A DNA stretch of 64,000 bases, from positions 14,238-78,237 of the forward strand of contig CAVWLK010000087.1 of the NCBI GenBank assembly GCA_963755675.1, written 5' to 3'. Numbering within the stretch: position 1 is the first letter of the stretch; the number at the start of each line of letters is the position of its first letter. Positions 19,617 through 32,532 of the stretch are shown piece after piece. The DNA comes from an uncultured Actinomycetes bacterium (GTDB taxonomy: Bacteria > Actinomycetota > Thermoleophilia > Gaiellales > JAICJC01). Under the pieces are notes generated by a model. It ran no database searches. It was not told the origin of the DNA and saw only the letters and a list, made by a program, of their open reading frames with translations. A program made the position numbers and the translations under genes.

Positions 19617-20867
19617 ATGGTCCCTCGCCTTGACGCGCGACGTGTGTATCTGGGCTGGTGCGCGGTCGAGGGTCTCGGTTTCACCCTGATCGTCACCGTC
19701 AATCTCATCTATCAGGTCACCGCGGTCGATCTGACCGCGTTTCAGCTGGTGCTTGCCGGCACCGTGCTGGAGACCGTCTGCATGCTCGGCGAGGTGCCGA
19801 CCGGGGTGGTCGCCGACGTCTACAGCCGCCGGCTCTCGATCATCATCGGCGTTGCCTTGACCGGCATCGGATTCACGATCGAAGGGCTGGTGCCGTCGCT
19901 CGCCGGCGTACTCACCGGGTCGGTGCTGTTCGGGCTGGGCGCGGTGTTCTGCAGCGGTGCCGAGCAGGCCTGGCTGAACGATGAGCTGGGCGAGAGCGCC
20001 GCCGGCCCGGCGCTGCTCCAGGGTGCCCAGGCCTGGAACATCGCGCGCTTCGTCGGGATCCCGCTGGCCGTGGTGCTCGCGCAGATCAGCATCAGCTTCC
20101 CGATCGTGGTCGGCGGCCTCGTGATCGTGGCGGTGGCTGCCGCCCTGGCCATCGTCATGCCGGAGCGCAACTTCCATCGCACCCCCGCCGCCGAGCGGGA
20201 GACGTGGGGCGAGATGCGAGAGACGTTGCGCTCGGGCTCCGCGCTCGTCAGGCGCCGGCCCGACCTGCGCCGGCTGGTGCTGATCTCGGCGGTGGTCGGC
20301 GCATTCAGCGAGGGCTACGACCGGCTCTCCACGGCGCACTACCTGCGGGATGTCGGCGTTCCCGCCGGCCAGTCCCCCGTCGTGTGGCTCGGTGGGCTGC
20401 TCGCGATCGAGGCACTGCTGGGAGTGCTGCTGGCCGGCCGCCTCGCCCGCAGGTTGGAGGACCGGCCGTCCGGAGCGATGGGGCCGCTGGCCGTGGCCTT
20501 TGCCGTCCTGTCCGCAACAACAGCCGTGTTCGCGCTGACGCGCAGGTTCGGAGTCGCGGCCGCCGCCGGCGTCACCGGCGGCGTTGCCCGCGTGGTCGAG
20601 GAGCCGCTGTTCCAGTCGTGCCTCAACACCGACCTCGAATCGCGATCGCGCGCGACCGTGATCTCGTTTGCCTCGCAGAGCAACGCCTTCGGCCAGATCG
20701 TGGGCGGGCTCGTGATCGCGGTCGTCGCCTCGACGGCCGGCATCGCCGTCGCGATCGCGCTGGCAGCGGCGCTGCTGGTGCCGGTTCCGCTGCTGCTTCG
20801 CGGCGCCAACCGTGCGCGGCCTGCCGTCGAGGTGGCTGTGGCGGGCGACGTCGCCGCCGGCGAGTAG
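19617..20867 (+). CDS. MFS transporter
   Basis: EVPTGVVADVYSRR, SGAEQAW, RATVIS; 12 TM segments. Confidence 0.9.
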   Translation: MVPRLDARRVYLGWCAVEGLGFTLIVTVNLIYQVTAVDLTAFQLVLAGTVLETVCMLGEVPTGVVADVYSRRLSIIIGVALTGIGFTIEGLVPSLAGVLTGSVLFGLGAVFCSGAEQAWLNDELGESAAGPALLQGAQAWNIARFVGIPLAVVLAQISISFPIVVGGLVIVAVAAALAIVMPERNFHRTPAAERETWGEMRETLRSGSALVRRRPDLRRLVLISAVVGAFSEGYDRLSTAHYLRDVGVPAGQSPVVWLGGLLAIEALLGVLLAGRLARRLEDRPSGAMGPLAVAFAVLSATTAVFALTRRFGVAAAAGVTGGVARVVEEPLFQSCLNTDLESRSRATVISFASQSNAFGQIVGGLVIAVVASTAGIAVAIALAAALLVPVPLLLRGANRARPAVEVAVAGDVAAGE

Positions 20868-20877
20868 TCTGCGCCGC

Positions 20878-21057
20878 GTGACCGAGGATCAGCAGCACGA
20901 TCGCCGTCGCCTGCCCCTCTGGCTGTACTGGTTGATCGTGCTCGCCGTGGCGGTCGTGCTCGGTGTCGCCGCGCCGGCGCTGTTCCTGCTCGGCTTCTGG
21001 GAGATGGCCCCGCTCGTGCTGCTCGCATCCTGGCTGGGGCCGAAAGTGACGCGGTGA
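20878..21057 (+). CDS. Small membrane protein (59 aa)
   Basis: GTG start, two hydrophobic helices, stop overlaps the next start (GTGA). Confidence 0.55.
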   Translation: MTEDQQHDRRRLPLWLYWLIVLAVAVVLGVAAPALFLLGFWEMAPLVLLASWLGPKVTR

Positions 21058-21785
21058 GCTGGGCCGCACACGACCTCGAGCCGTACCTGTTCCGGGCCAA
21101 GATGGGCACGCGGATCAGCCTCGTGTTCTGCCTGCTGGGAAGCTACTCACCCGACGTGCTCACCAAGTGGGCGGTCTACGGCTTCGGCTTCTCGCACCAC
21201 GACGCCCTGCTCTCCAATCCCGTCCAGTTCCATCGCGGCTGGCCCGGCGCGGGTTTCACCCACAGCCCGTTCTACGGGCTGGTCATCTCCGGCATGATCC
21301 TCCTGCTGACGCGAAATCGGGTGTGGGCGTTCTCGTACCTGATCGGCGCCGTGGCGCACGACCTCTCCGACACGCTCGACTCGGTGGGCGTGATGATTCT
21401 CTTCCCGCTCAGCACGTGGCACCTGCACTTCGGCCTTTGGCAATACGTCGGCGAGGTCGGGCGCGCGCATGACGCGGTCGCGTACTACACCTCGCTGGGC
21501 GGCGTCTGGGACGCGTTCTGGGCGGTCTGGCTGCTGCGCTACTGGCGTATGTTCTCGACCCAGTACTTCCGTGACGAGATCGCTCCGACCGACCCCTTCT
21601 GGGCCTGGATGGGCCGCTACACCGGCGAGTCGGTGATGCTGACGGTGTATCGCAGCAGCGCCTTCTTTGGCTACGCATCGATCATCGGCTGGTACATCTG
21701 GGTGCTGTTCGTGAACACGTTCCACCCCCACCTGGACTGGTCGATCGGCGGTCCCCAATGGGCACCGAAGCAAGGCCCCGAGTAG
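21054..21785 (+). CDS. YdjM-like membrane metal-dependent hydrolase
   Basis: SPD, HRG..FTHS, HDLSD motifs. Confidence 0.75.
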   Translation: MSWAAHDLEPYLFRAKMGTRISLVFCLLGSYSPDVLTKWAVYGFGFSHHDALLSNPVQFHRGWPGAGFTHSPFYGLVISGMILLLTRNRVWAFSYLIGAVAHDLSDTLDSVGVMILFPLSTWHLHFGLWQYVGEVGRAHDAVAYYTSLGGVWDAFWAVWLLRYWRMFSTQYFRDEIAPTDPFWAWMGRYTGESVMLTVYRSSAFFGYASIIGWYIWVLFVNTFHPHLDWSIGGPQWAPKQGPE

Positions 21786-21971
21786 TCGCCGGATCTGCGA
21801 TTTGGGTGTAGTTCGCCTCCACGGATGGGGAGGCCGCTTACGCCGTTTCGGTGATGTCCGGTGCCGTGCGGCCTGATTAGGCTCAAGGGGTCTGCTTCAA
21901 GCTGTTCTCAATGGACCTGATGTCTCCTTAAGAATCCCGCTTACGCGCTGGTCTGGCGCGGTCTTCGCCAA

Positions 21972-23141
21972 GTGTTCGAGGGCGGCCCCGGCGCACAGCG
22001 TCGGGCCGTGTTGCTGTTCTACACCACACTCGGGCCGCTGACGATCGTGATGTCGGTTGTGATCGCGGGCGGCAACGACTGGCTGCGGATCGCCGCACCC
22101 AAGACCGCTGTGATGATGGGCGCGATCATCTGGCTCGCGATTCGCAAGCAGCCTCGCCGCTGGGAGTGGGTCATGGTGGCGGGCGTGCTGCCTGCCGCGG
22201 CGTTCACGATCTCTCAGCTCGCCGCCGGGCCGCAGTCGGGCGGCGTGTTCGTCCCCAATGTCCTGGTCGTCATCGCAACGCTGTGCGTGCTGTTTGACGG
22301 CGCGCTTGTGGCCGGTATCACCGTCCTACTGTCGATGGTCTACGCGGTCGTTCAGTTCCACTTCCACAGCCCGTTGGAAGCCGCGGTGGCAACGCTGGTG
22401 TTCCTGGGTGCGGCGACGACGACGGTCGCGTTGGTGCACGGCGTGGCGTCGTATCTCCGTGAGTCGCTCGGTCACGTCACCGCGTTGCACACCGAGATGC
22501 TGGTTGCCGCAGACCAGGAGCGGGTGCGGATCGCAGGCGAGCTGCATGACGACACCATCCAGGTGCTGGCCGCGGCCTCGCTACGGCTCGACGACCATGC
22601 CCGCCGCCTGCAATCGGGCGACGTCGAGGGCGCGCTCGAGTCGGCTGCAAGCGTCCGCGAGATGGTCGGCCAGGCGGTGGATCGCACCCGGCGCCTGAGC
22701 TTCGATCTGTACCCGGCAACACTCGAAGCCGAAGGGTTGGGGGCGGCTCTCGAGTTGCTCGGCAAGGACATCGAGTCGCAGGGGGTGTTCACGGTCACCG
22801 TCTCGGTGGGTTCCCGGCGCTTTCCGCCCGAGGTGGAGCGTCTTGCCTATCGCGCGGTCAAGGAGCTGCTCGCCAACGCCCAGAAACACTCGCGGGCCGG
22901 CAGCGTCTTCGTCTCCCTGTCCGGTGATGCGACATCGATCACCTGCGTCGTCGAAGACGACGGCGTCGGTTTCGATCCCGCCGCCCGCAGCAGTGCGCGG
23001 CGGAGCCATCACATCGGCCTGGACGCCACCACGGACCGCATCCGTCACGCGGGCGGCCGGCTGATTCTGGAGACCGAGCCAGGACGGGGAACGCGGGCCC
23101 GGTTCACGATCCCAACCGACGGCGTCCGCCTGGCCTCTTAG
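21972..23141 (+). CDS. Membrane sensor histidine kinase (HisKA_3)
   Basis: ERVRIAGELHD, ELLANAQKHS, DDGVGF, GLD, GRGT; no adjacent response regulator. Confidence 0.9.
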   Translation: MFEGGPGAQRRAVLLFYTTLGPLTIVMSVVIAGGNDWLRIAAPKTAVMMGAIIWLAIRKQPRRWEWVMVAGVLPAAAFTISQLAAGPQSGGVFVPNVLVVIATLCVLFDGALVAGITVLLSMVYAVVQFHFHSPLEAAVATLVFLGAATTTVALVHGVASYLRESLGHVTALHTEMLVAADQERVRIAGELHDDTIQVLAAASLRLDDHARRLQSGDVEGALESAASVREMVGQAVDRTRRLSFDLYPATLEAEGLGAALELLGKDIESQGVFTVTVSVGSRRFPPEVERLAYRAVKELLANAQKHSRAGSVFVSLSGDATSITCVVEDDGVGFDPAARSSARRSHHIGLDATTDRIRHAGGRLILETEPGRGTRARFTIPTDGVRLAS

Positions 23142-23845
23142 GAGAGCCGGGCCAGCACGGCTCCCGCGCCGTCGACCGTGACGGCTGTCGGTACCACGCC
23201 GACCCCGTACTTGCGTGCCAGGTCGGGTCGCTCGCGTACGTCAACCGTGACCACGGTGCGGCCGCTATCACGCAGGCTTCGCTCGAGCCGATGGCAGTCC
23301 GAGCAGAGCGTGTGGGTGAACTGGACGACGGTGTTCTGGGACAGCGCGCCATCGAAGTCGGCGGGATCGATCCGCTCGATGTGGCCGTGCCCGCGGCCGA
23401 GACCGCGCAGACGGGCCGAGATCTTGTACATCTCGCAGCCGGCGCAAAGCCCGGTGGCCGCGGACAGCAGCGCCAGCGTCGCCACCAGCAGGCCGAGCGC
23501 GGCCCCGAGTGGATCGAATCCGGCCAGGTAGGCCAGGGTGGCCGCGCCGAGCACGACCACGCCCACCTTGTTCGCGAAGCGCGGTGGGCGCGAGTCCTCC
23601 AGCGGCCCCTCGCCGAAGCGCGGCTGGATCAGCTCGAAGTAGGCGACGCAGGCCAGGCAAAATCGCCGTCCCAGCGTGAGGCCGATCGCGAGCTGGGCTG
23701 CGACCAGCGCGAGCAGCCACCACTGGCCGCTGACCACGCCGATCAGCGACAGCACGCCGACAAAAGCCTGATTCGCACGCGGGGCGCGGCCGTCGATCAC
23801 GTCGAGGTCGGTGTAGGGGTCGGCGGTGCGGTACGAGCTGTCCAT
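23138..23845 (-). CDS. DUF4395 membrane protein fused to a thioredoxin-like domain
   Basis: APRANQ, EDSRPPRFA, GLCAGCEMY; C-terminal CSDC and VVPT. Confidence 0.8.
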   Translation of the reverse strand: MDSSYRTADPYTDLDVIDGRAPRANQAFVGVLSLIGVVSGQWWLLALVAAQLAIGLTLGRRFCLACVAYFELIQPRFGEGPLEDSRPPRFANKVGVVVLGAATLAYLAGFDPLGAALGLLVATLALLSAATGLCAGCEMYKISARLRGLGRGHGHIERIDPADFDGALSQNTVVQFTHTLCSDCHRLERSLRDSGRTVVTVDVRERPDLARKYGVGVVPTAVTVDGAGAVLARLS

Positions 23846-23861
23846 AGTTTGGATCCAAACT
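23846..23861. promoter_or_regulatory. Perfect 16-bp palindromic operator overlapping the -10 and abutting the ATG
   Basis: AGTTTGGATCCAAACT; minus-strand TACAGT -10 overlaps its edge. Confidence 0.65.
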
Positions 23862-23876
23862 GTAGCCGTTGGGGCG

Positions 23877-25657
23877 TCAGGCCAGGATTGCGTCGCGTTC
23901 GACCAGCGCCGCGTAGCGGCCGCCGATCGCGAGCAGCTCGTCGTGCGAGCCGCGCTCGATGATCTCGCCGCCGTCGAGCACCAGGATCAGATCGGCGTCG
24001 CGGATCGTCGAGAGCCGGTGGGCGATCGCAATCGTCGTGCGCCCGGCGGAGAGACGCTCGAGCGCCTCCTGGACGGCGCGCTCCGTCTCGACGTCGAGGG
24101 CGCTCGTGGCCTCGTCCAAGACCAGTACCGGCGGGTCGCGCAGGATCGCGCGGGCGATCGCCAGCCGCTGTTTTTCGCCGCCCGAGAATCGATAGCCGCG
24201 CTCGCCGACCACCGTGTCGTAGCCCTCCGGCAGCGAGGCCAGGTGGTCGTGGATCTGGGCTGCGCGGGCCGCCGTCTCGAGTTCCTCGTCGTCGGCGCCG
24301 GGGCGGGCGAAGCGCAGGTTCTCGCGCACGGTGCCATGGAACAGGTACGTCTCCTGCGAGACGACGCCGACCGTCGCGCGCAACGAGTCGAAGCTGAGGT
24401 CGCGGACGTCCACTCCATCGATCGTGACCGATCCCTCGCTGACGTCATACAGCCGCCCGGTGAGGTAGCCCAGCGTCGTCTTGCCGCTGCCGGTCTCGCC
24501 CACAACCGCCACCTTGGTGCCGGGCGGCGCGACGAAGCTGATGTCGCGGAGCGTCGTGGCGCCGTTCTCCTCGTACCGGAAGCCGACATTTCGGAACTCG
24601 ACCTCGCCCCGCGTGGTGGTCGGGTCGAGCGTCACCGGATCGTCGCGTTCGTCGATTTCGACCGGCAGATCGAGGTACTCGAACACGCGGTCGAACAGTG
24701 CCGTCGAGGTCTGCAGGTCGGCCTGCACGTTGAGCAGTGAGCCGATGGGGAACAGCAGCCGCGTCTGGAGCGTGGTGAAGGCGACCAGCGTGCCGATCGA
24801 GATCACGGCGCCGCCGCGCGCCATCCCCAGTCCGGCGATGCCGTACATCAACGCCGGCATGATCGCGAACGTGGACTGGATCGTGGCCATCATCCAGCGT
24901 CCCGCCATCCGCTGGCGGAGCTCGAGGTCGGCCAGCCGCCGGCTCTCGTCGGTGAAGCGCCCGGTCAGCTCGCCGGATCTGCCCCATCGTCTTGCCAACA
25001 GCACGCCGGACACCGACAGCGACTCCTCGACCAGCGTCGAGATGTCGGCCAGCGAGCCCTGCTTGGTGGCCGTGATCGCCTGCCGCACCCGGCCCACCCG
25101 CCTGGTCATCCATACGAACAAGGGCAGGATCGGAAACGACGCCAGCGTCAGCCGCCAGTCGAGCAGGGCCATGGCGACGGTGGTGGCAAGCACGGTGGTC
25201 GCGTTCGAGACGATCGAGGTGGCGGTGGTGGTGACGACCGTCTGCACGCCGCCGATGTCGTTCGCGATCCGCGACTGCACCTCGCCCGTGCGGGTGCGGG
25301 TGAAGAAGCGAGCGAGAGCCGCTGGAGGTGGCTATAGACCGACGCTCGCAGGTCGTGCATCACCTGCTGGCCGATCAGGTTCGACTGCCAGGTCTGGGCG
25401 ACCCCGATCGCGCCCGTAATGATCGGGATCACGACCATGCCGCCGACCAGGATCGCGAGCCGGGTGGTGTCGAGTCGGCCCTGGGTGAGCACGTTGTCGA
25501 GCAGGTCTCGCAGCAGGAACGGCGAGATCATGCTGATCCCGGCCGAGACGATGATCAGCGCCAGGAGCGCCGAGAGCCGACCCCGGTAGGGACGAAACAG
25601 CGCCATGATGCGCCGACCCTGACGGGGCGGCGCCGGCTGGGCCGGCGCGTCGATCAC
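23877..25657 (-). CDS. ABC exporter, fused TMD-NBD (frameshift ~25310)
   Basis: GETGSGKTT, FSGGEKQR, LVLDEATSALD, IAHRLST. Confidence 0.92.
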
Positions 25658-25669
25658 GCGCTGCCGCCG

Positions 25670-26085
25670 TCATCGCGCGACCAGGATCTCGCGCAGCGCG
25701 CGCTGGTCGGCGGGAGAGAGCTGCTGATCGGCTCCGGCGCCTCCGAGAGCCGCTTGACGATCCGCCGCCGCACGCTGGCGCCGTCCTCGGTCACCACCAG
25801 CATCTTGATCCGGCGATCGCCCGGCGCGGCGTCGCGCCTCACCAATCCGCGCTCCTCGAGACGATCGACGATGCCGGTCACGTTCGAGGCATCGCAGCAC
25901 AGCTTGCGCGCCAGCGTCCGCATCGGCAGCGGGGCTCCCGGCTCGAGCAGGCGCAGCACGTGTGCCTGCATCGGGGAGAGCTCGAACTCGGCCGCCACGC
26001 TCGGAACGCGGCCGCGTTGGGACACGAACAGCCGGAAGAGGAGCGACCAGGCCTCGCTGGCATCATTACTCATGCGGCTCATCAT
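25670..26085 (-). CDS. MarR-family regulator (frameshift near the 3' end)
   Basis: LSPMQAHVL, CCDASNVTGIVDRLE, DRR; the alternative frame ends LSPADQRALREIL. Confidence 0.88.
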
Positions 26086-26120
26086 AGTCGATGCTTCGGA
26101 TATTTGACAACCTCGACCAT
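26084..26120. promoter_or_regulatory. Tandem imperfect palindromes (likely MarR operator) containing TTGACA, between marR and lon
   Basis: ATAGTCGA-N4-TCGGATAT overlaps ATATTTGA-N5-TCGACCAT; TTGACA at 26104-26109. Confidence 0.5.
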
Positions 26121-26139
26121 CGAGCTCAGACTGCTATCC

Positions 26140-28417
<2,278 letters not shown>

Positions 28418-28439
28418 GAGCCCCAGCGACAGCCGGAAG

Positions 28440-28473
28440 CGACGGGTGCCAGACTTCAGTCTGGCACCCGTCG
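28440..28473. terminator. Perfect 16-bp inverted repeat between convergent lon and peptidase genes
   Basis: CGACGGGTGCCAGACT-TC-AGTCTGGCACCCGTCG. Confidence 0.7.
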
Positions 28474-28536
28474 TGCCGGAGGCCCACAAGCAACTCCAAC
28501 GGTTTGAGCGACTGCGCCGTCGGCGGCGATTTGGGC

Positions 28537-30237
28537 CTACAGCACCACAGTGGCCCGGCACGTGCCGGCCCGGGGGTGTCGCGCAATCACGCCGACCCGT
28601 GTGCCGGCCGGAGCCTCGACGACCCACTCGTAGCGCGTCCGCTCGCTGCTCGGCTCGTTGGCCGAGCTCCATCCCAGCATGCTGATCGAGCGTTGCCGAC
28701 CCTCGAGCTGACCCAGCTCAATGTGTGGCTCGCCCGACGCGAGACGCACCCCATCGGGCAGCTCGATGTCGACCTCGAGCGGCCGCACAGCCTTTCGGTC
28801 GATCGCCTTCTGCGAGACGTTGGTGGGCATCCAGCCGGTGTTGTGCAACACCAGCACGACTCGGTGCGCGCCGCTTCCCACCGGCTCGGCGCGCAGGCTC
28901 CGCACCTCCAGCCGGGGTGAGATCAGAGCCAGCTGCACGGCCCAGTCGGAGTGCGGTGCGACCTCGCGCTCGAGCAGATGCAGCGGCGCGTTGCCGATCC
29001 CGCCCATGTAGTCCCAGCCGCCGATCTCAACCGCTCCCAGCTGTGGATGGTCGAACGGGTACCAGTCGACGTAGGCCGCGCCTCCCAGCTCACGGTCTGA
29101 CCACTCCAGCATCTTCACGTCGTCCTCGATCGGATGGTCCTTCCACCACTCGATGAAGCGCATGCCGATGTCCACGCCTGCCTGGCGCTGCGGGCTCCAG
29201 AACTCCGTCGTCCAGGCGAACACGCCGAGATGGTCGTACAGCCAGTCGTCGAAGGCGCCGCGCATGAACGTCTTGGGCTCGTACCGGAAGTGGTGGTAGA
29301 CCGACGCCGACGGATAGCCCGTGATCCTGGTCGCCTCGTCGCCGATCCGAGTCAGCACCTCCAGGTCGGCCGGCGGGTAGTCGTCGTCCGGCTTGGCGCT
29401 GTACGGCCGCAGGTGCACCCCGCCAAACGTGTGGTAGGTGACGGCGTGAGTGATGTTCGGGCGATCGGTGATCGCTTGCACGGCCGCCCTCACCTCAGGC
29501 TCGGATGTGGGGTAGGGGCCGGCGCCCTCCTGATCGCCGTGCGGCGCCCAGTCGTAGGGGAAGTTGCGGTTGAAGTCGAGACCCTCGAACGGCTTCGGCA
29601 CCTTGATGATCTCGCCGTCGTAGTCGACCAGGTGGCCCTCGTACAGCAGCCGGTAGTAAGGGCCGCGGTCGAATTCGTCGAACGGCCGCGGCACCAGTAT
29701 CCGCGGATGCGCAGGGTCGATCGTCCACTGCCCGGTCGGATCGGGGATCCGCATGGTCAGGATCCGCCCGTCGCCGTCCACGTCGGACTCGTGGAGTCCG
29801 GGCTGTGGATCGGCCAGCGGCCAGTGGCGCACGCCCGAGCGAACGAACTGCGGCCGATCGGCCAGCGCCCGCTCCGCGCCGTCCGGGTTGAGGCGCGGCA
29901 CGACGTAGAAGGCTCGGCTGTCGAGCGCATGCGTCACTCGGTCGTCCACGCCGTGGGCGGCCAGCAGGTGGTGCACAAGGTGCAGCGCGGCGGCCGCACC
30001 GGTCACCTCGGTGGCATGGATGTTGGCATCGATCCACACCGCCGGCTTCTCTGCGGCCGGGCCGGTGGCGCCGTTGGTGACGGCGCACAGCAGGATCTCG
30101 CGACCCTCGTGCGAGCGTCCGATCGATTCGACGGCGAGCAGTTCCGGGCGGGCCTGGGACCAGTCCTCGAGCAGCGCCGTCAGCTCGTCGTGGCGCGGCC
30201 AGTGATCGTAGGGCGGTGCTGTCAGTGCTGCGGCCAC
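28537..30237 (-). CDS. M14 zinc carboxypeptidase
   Basis: IHATE, NPDG, DFNRNF, SEPE, TYHT. Confidence 0.9.
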   Translation of the reverse strand: MAAALTAPPYDHWPRHDELTALLEDWSQARPELLAVESIGRSHEGREILLCAVTNGATGPAAEKPAVWIDANIHATEVTGAAAALHLVHHLLAAHGVDDRVTHALDSRAFYVVPRLNPDGAERALADRPQFVRSGVRHWPLADPQPGLHESDVDGDGRILTMRIPDPTGQWTIDPAHPRILVPRPFDEFDRGPYYRLLYEGHLVDYDGEIIKVPKPFEGLDFNRNFPYDWAPHGDQEGAGPYPTSEPEVRAAVQAITDRPNITHAVTYHTFGGVHLRPYSAKPDDDYPPADLEVLTRIGDEATRITGYPSASVYHHFRYEPKTFMRGAFDDWLYDHLGVFAWTTEFWSPQRQAGVDIGMRFIEWWKDHPIEDDVKMLEWSDRELGGAAYVDWYPFDHPQLGAVEIGGWDYMGGIGNAPLHLLEREVAPHSDWAVQLALISPRLEVRSLRAEPVGSGAHRVVLVLHNTGWMPTNVSQKAIDRKAVRPLEVDIELPDGVRLASGEPHIELGQLEGRQRSISMLGWSSANEPSSERTRYEWVVEAPAGTRVGVIARHPRAGTCRATVVL

Positions 30238-30319
30238 GGCGGGCCATCGTAGATGATCATCGACGCCGACCGTCGGTTGGGTGCTTGTGCTCGACCGCCG
30301 GGTCCGCTACGACTAGGGC

Positions 30320-31048
30320 GTGTCCCACGGCCCCGTACGCGTGCTCGTAATCGCCGCCGTCACCGTGGTCTGGATCCCGCTGGTGCTTGTCGCCGACGGC
30401 TCGGCGAGCATCGAGCTCCAGCGACTGCTCGGTGCGGCCACCTGGGTGCTGCTGATCGGGCTGCTTTGGGGGGAGCAGCGCTCCGTCCGGCTTCAGGTTG
30501 GCGCGGTGATCGTGGCGGCGACGATGCTCGAGTACTCGGCCTCGCCCCTGCTCGGGCTCTACACCTACCGGCTGCACAACGTGCCGACCTTCGTGCCGCC
30601 CGGCCACGGCCTGGTCTACCTGGCGGCCCTGACCGCGGCCGGCGCGATGCGGGCAAACCGGCTCGGCATCTGGTTCCCGCGGGTGGTGCTGGTCGTCGCC
30701 GCCGGCTGGGCGCTGTGGGGCATCACACTCAGCTCGCGTTCCGACACCGGCGGCGCGCTGCTCTACCTGTTCCTTGCCGCGTTCATCCTGCGCGGACGTG
30801 CGCCGCTCGTCTACGCCGCAGCCTTCGTCGTCACCGCCTACCTCGAGATCATCGGCACTCACGTCGGCAACTGGGCCTGGGCGGGCCACGACTTCCTGGG
30901 CGTGACGACGCTCGGCAATCCGCCCAGCGGCATCGCCGGCGGTTACTGCTTCCTCGACATGGTCGGCATCTACGTGGCCACCCGGCTGGCGACGGCGCAT
31001 CCGCACGTGCCAGAGGTGGCGATCGAGCCGGTCGCGGAACCGGCGTAG
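30320..31048 (+). CDS. Conserved hypothetical membrane protein
   Basis: Hydrophobic; YTYRLHNVPTFVPPGHG and GNPPSG motifs. Confidence 0.75.
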   Translation: MSHGPVRVLVIAAVTVVWIPLVLVADGSASIELQRLLGAATWVLLIGLLWGEQRSVRLQVGAVIVAATMLEYSASPLLGLYTYRLHNVPTFVPPGHGLVYLAALTAAGAMRANRLGIWFPRVVLVVAAGWALWGITLSSRSDTGGALLYLFLAAFILRGRAPLVYAAAFVVTAYLEIIGTHVGNWAWAGHDFLGVTTLGNPPSGIAGGYCFLDMVGIYVATRLATAHPHVPEVAIEPVAEPA

Positions 31049-31058
31049 AATCTGCCTC

Positions 31059-31858
31059 GTGTCCGCGACGCTGCCTCTTGACCTCGAGCGCTATCCGATC
31101 GACGACCTCGACCGGCCGTCTGCAGCCGAGCTGATCGCGAGCTGCCGGTCGCAGCTCGACCAAGCGGGGCTCTGTCTGTTGCCCGGCTTCCTCGGTCCCG
31201 ATGCCGTGTCGCGCGCGGCGGCTGAGATCCAGGCCGAGGTGCCGGCCGCGTTTCGCAAGGAGCGCGAGATCGTGGCCATGAACGAGTCCCAGATCGATCC
31301 GTCGCTGCCTGCCGACGACCCGGTGCGCACGGCGCACCGCCACTCGATGCGTCGATCGCCTACGACCTGGTCGACGCTGACTCCCCGATCCGCACGCTGT
31401 ATGAGTGGGACGGCATGACCAGCTTTCTATCGGCGGTGCTGGGCTATCGGGTCTACCCGTGCGCTGATCCGCTGATCGCTCTGATGATCTCGGCGATGGA
31501 GCCGGGTGGTGAACAGGGCTGGCACTTCGACGACAACGAGTTCGTCGTCTCGCTGCTGCTGCAGAAGCCGGCGGTGGGGGGCGAGTTCGAATACGTGCCG
31601 ATGATCCGCAGCGACGACGATCCGGCCACCGACCGGATCCGGCGGGTGTTCCAGGGGACCAGCGACGAGGTGCGGGTGGCGCCGCTCGAGGCAGGGACGC
31701 TGGCGCTCTTTCGCGGTACCCGGTCGCTGCACCGCGTGTCTCCGGTGGTCGAGGGGCCGACCCGGCTGATCGCACTGCTCAGCTTCGATCGTGAGCCCGG
31801 CATGGTGTTCCCGGCCAAGGCGCAGCTGAACAACACCGGGCGCACGACGCACGTGTGA
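31059..31858 (+). CDS. Fe(II)/2-oxoglutarate dioxygenase, HalD/BesD-like (frameshift ~31350)
   Basis: GWHFD, GGEFEY, GTLALFRG, LHRVSPV, RLIA. TAGAAT lies 7 nt before the GTG. Confidence 0.8.
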
Positions 31859-32532
31859 ACGTCGACGCCTACCTCGAACGAATCGGATACGAGGGGTCAC
31901 GCAGTCCGACGTTCGAGACGCTGGCCGCCGTGCACCGCGCGCACATGCTCTCGGTGCCGTTCGAGAACCTGGACATCCACCTCGGCCGGCGGCTGGTGCT
32001 GGACCGCGAGGCGAACTTCGAGAAGATCGTCGTCCGCCGCCGGGGCGGCTGGTGCTACGAGCTGAACGGTCTGTTCGGACTGCTGCTGGAGCAGCTGGGC
32101 TTCGCAGTCACCCTGTTGGGGGCGCGGGTGGTGGGCGAGCGGGTGGGCAATGAGCTCGGGCACCTGATGCTGCGGGTCGAGCTCGACCGGCCGTGGCTGG
32201 CCGACGTGGGCTTCGGCGAGTCCTCGCTGGCGCCGCTGCCGCTCGGCGAAGGGCCGGAGCAGGTGGTCGAGGCTGACGGCCTGCGCCGCGAGTTCACGAC
32301 GGTGCCGCGGCGGTTGGAGGAGTTCGAGGCGATGTGCGAGTTCAGCCAGACCTCGCAGGACATGATCTTCACGCAGCGCCGGCTGTGCACGCTTGCCACC
32401 GCCACCGGCCGCATAACGCTCTCCGACCTGCGACTGATCGAGCGCGACGGCGACCGGGTGACCGAGCGTGAGCTGGCCGGCGAGGAGCAGTGGCGGAGCG
32501 TGCTGCGGGAGCGGTTCGGGGTTGTCCTCTAG
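31855..32532 (+). CDS. Arylamine N-acetyltransferase
   Basis: YLERIG, VPFENL, RGGWCYELN, H...DVGFG triad. Confidence 0.92.
   Translation: MNVDAYLERIGYEGSRSPTFETLAAVHRAHMLSVPFENLDIHLGRRLVLDREANFEKIVVRRRGGWCYELNGLFGLLLEQLGFAVTLLGARVVGERVGNELGHLMLRVELDRPWLADVGFGESSLAPLPLGEGPEQVVEADGLRREFTTVPRRLEEFEAMCEFSQTSQDMIFTQRRLCTLATATGRITLSDLRLIERDGDRVTERELAGEEQWRSVLRERFGVVL

Noticed and set aside
28440..28473. Perfect 16-bp hairpin as a novel element
   Set aside because: Its position between convergent genes is adequately explained by a bidirectional terminator, and no second copy was seen in the window.
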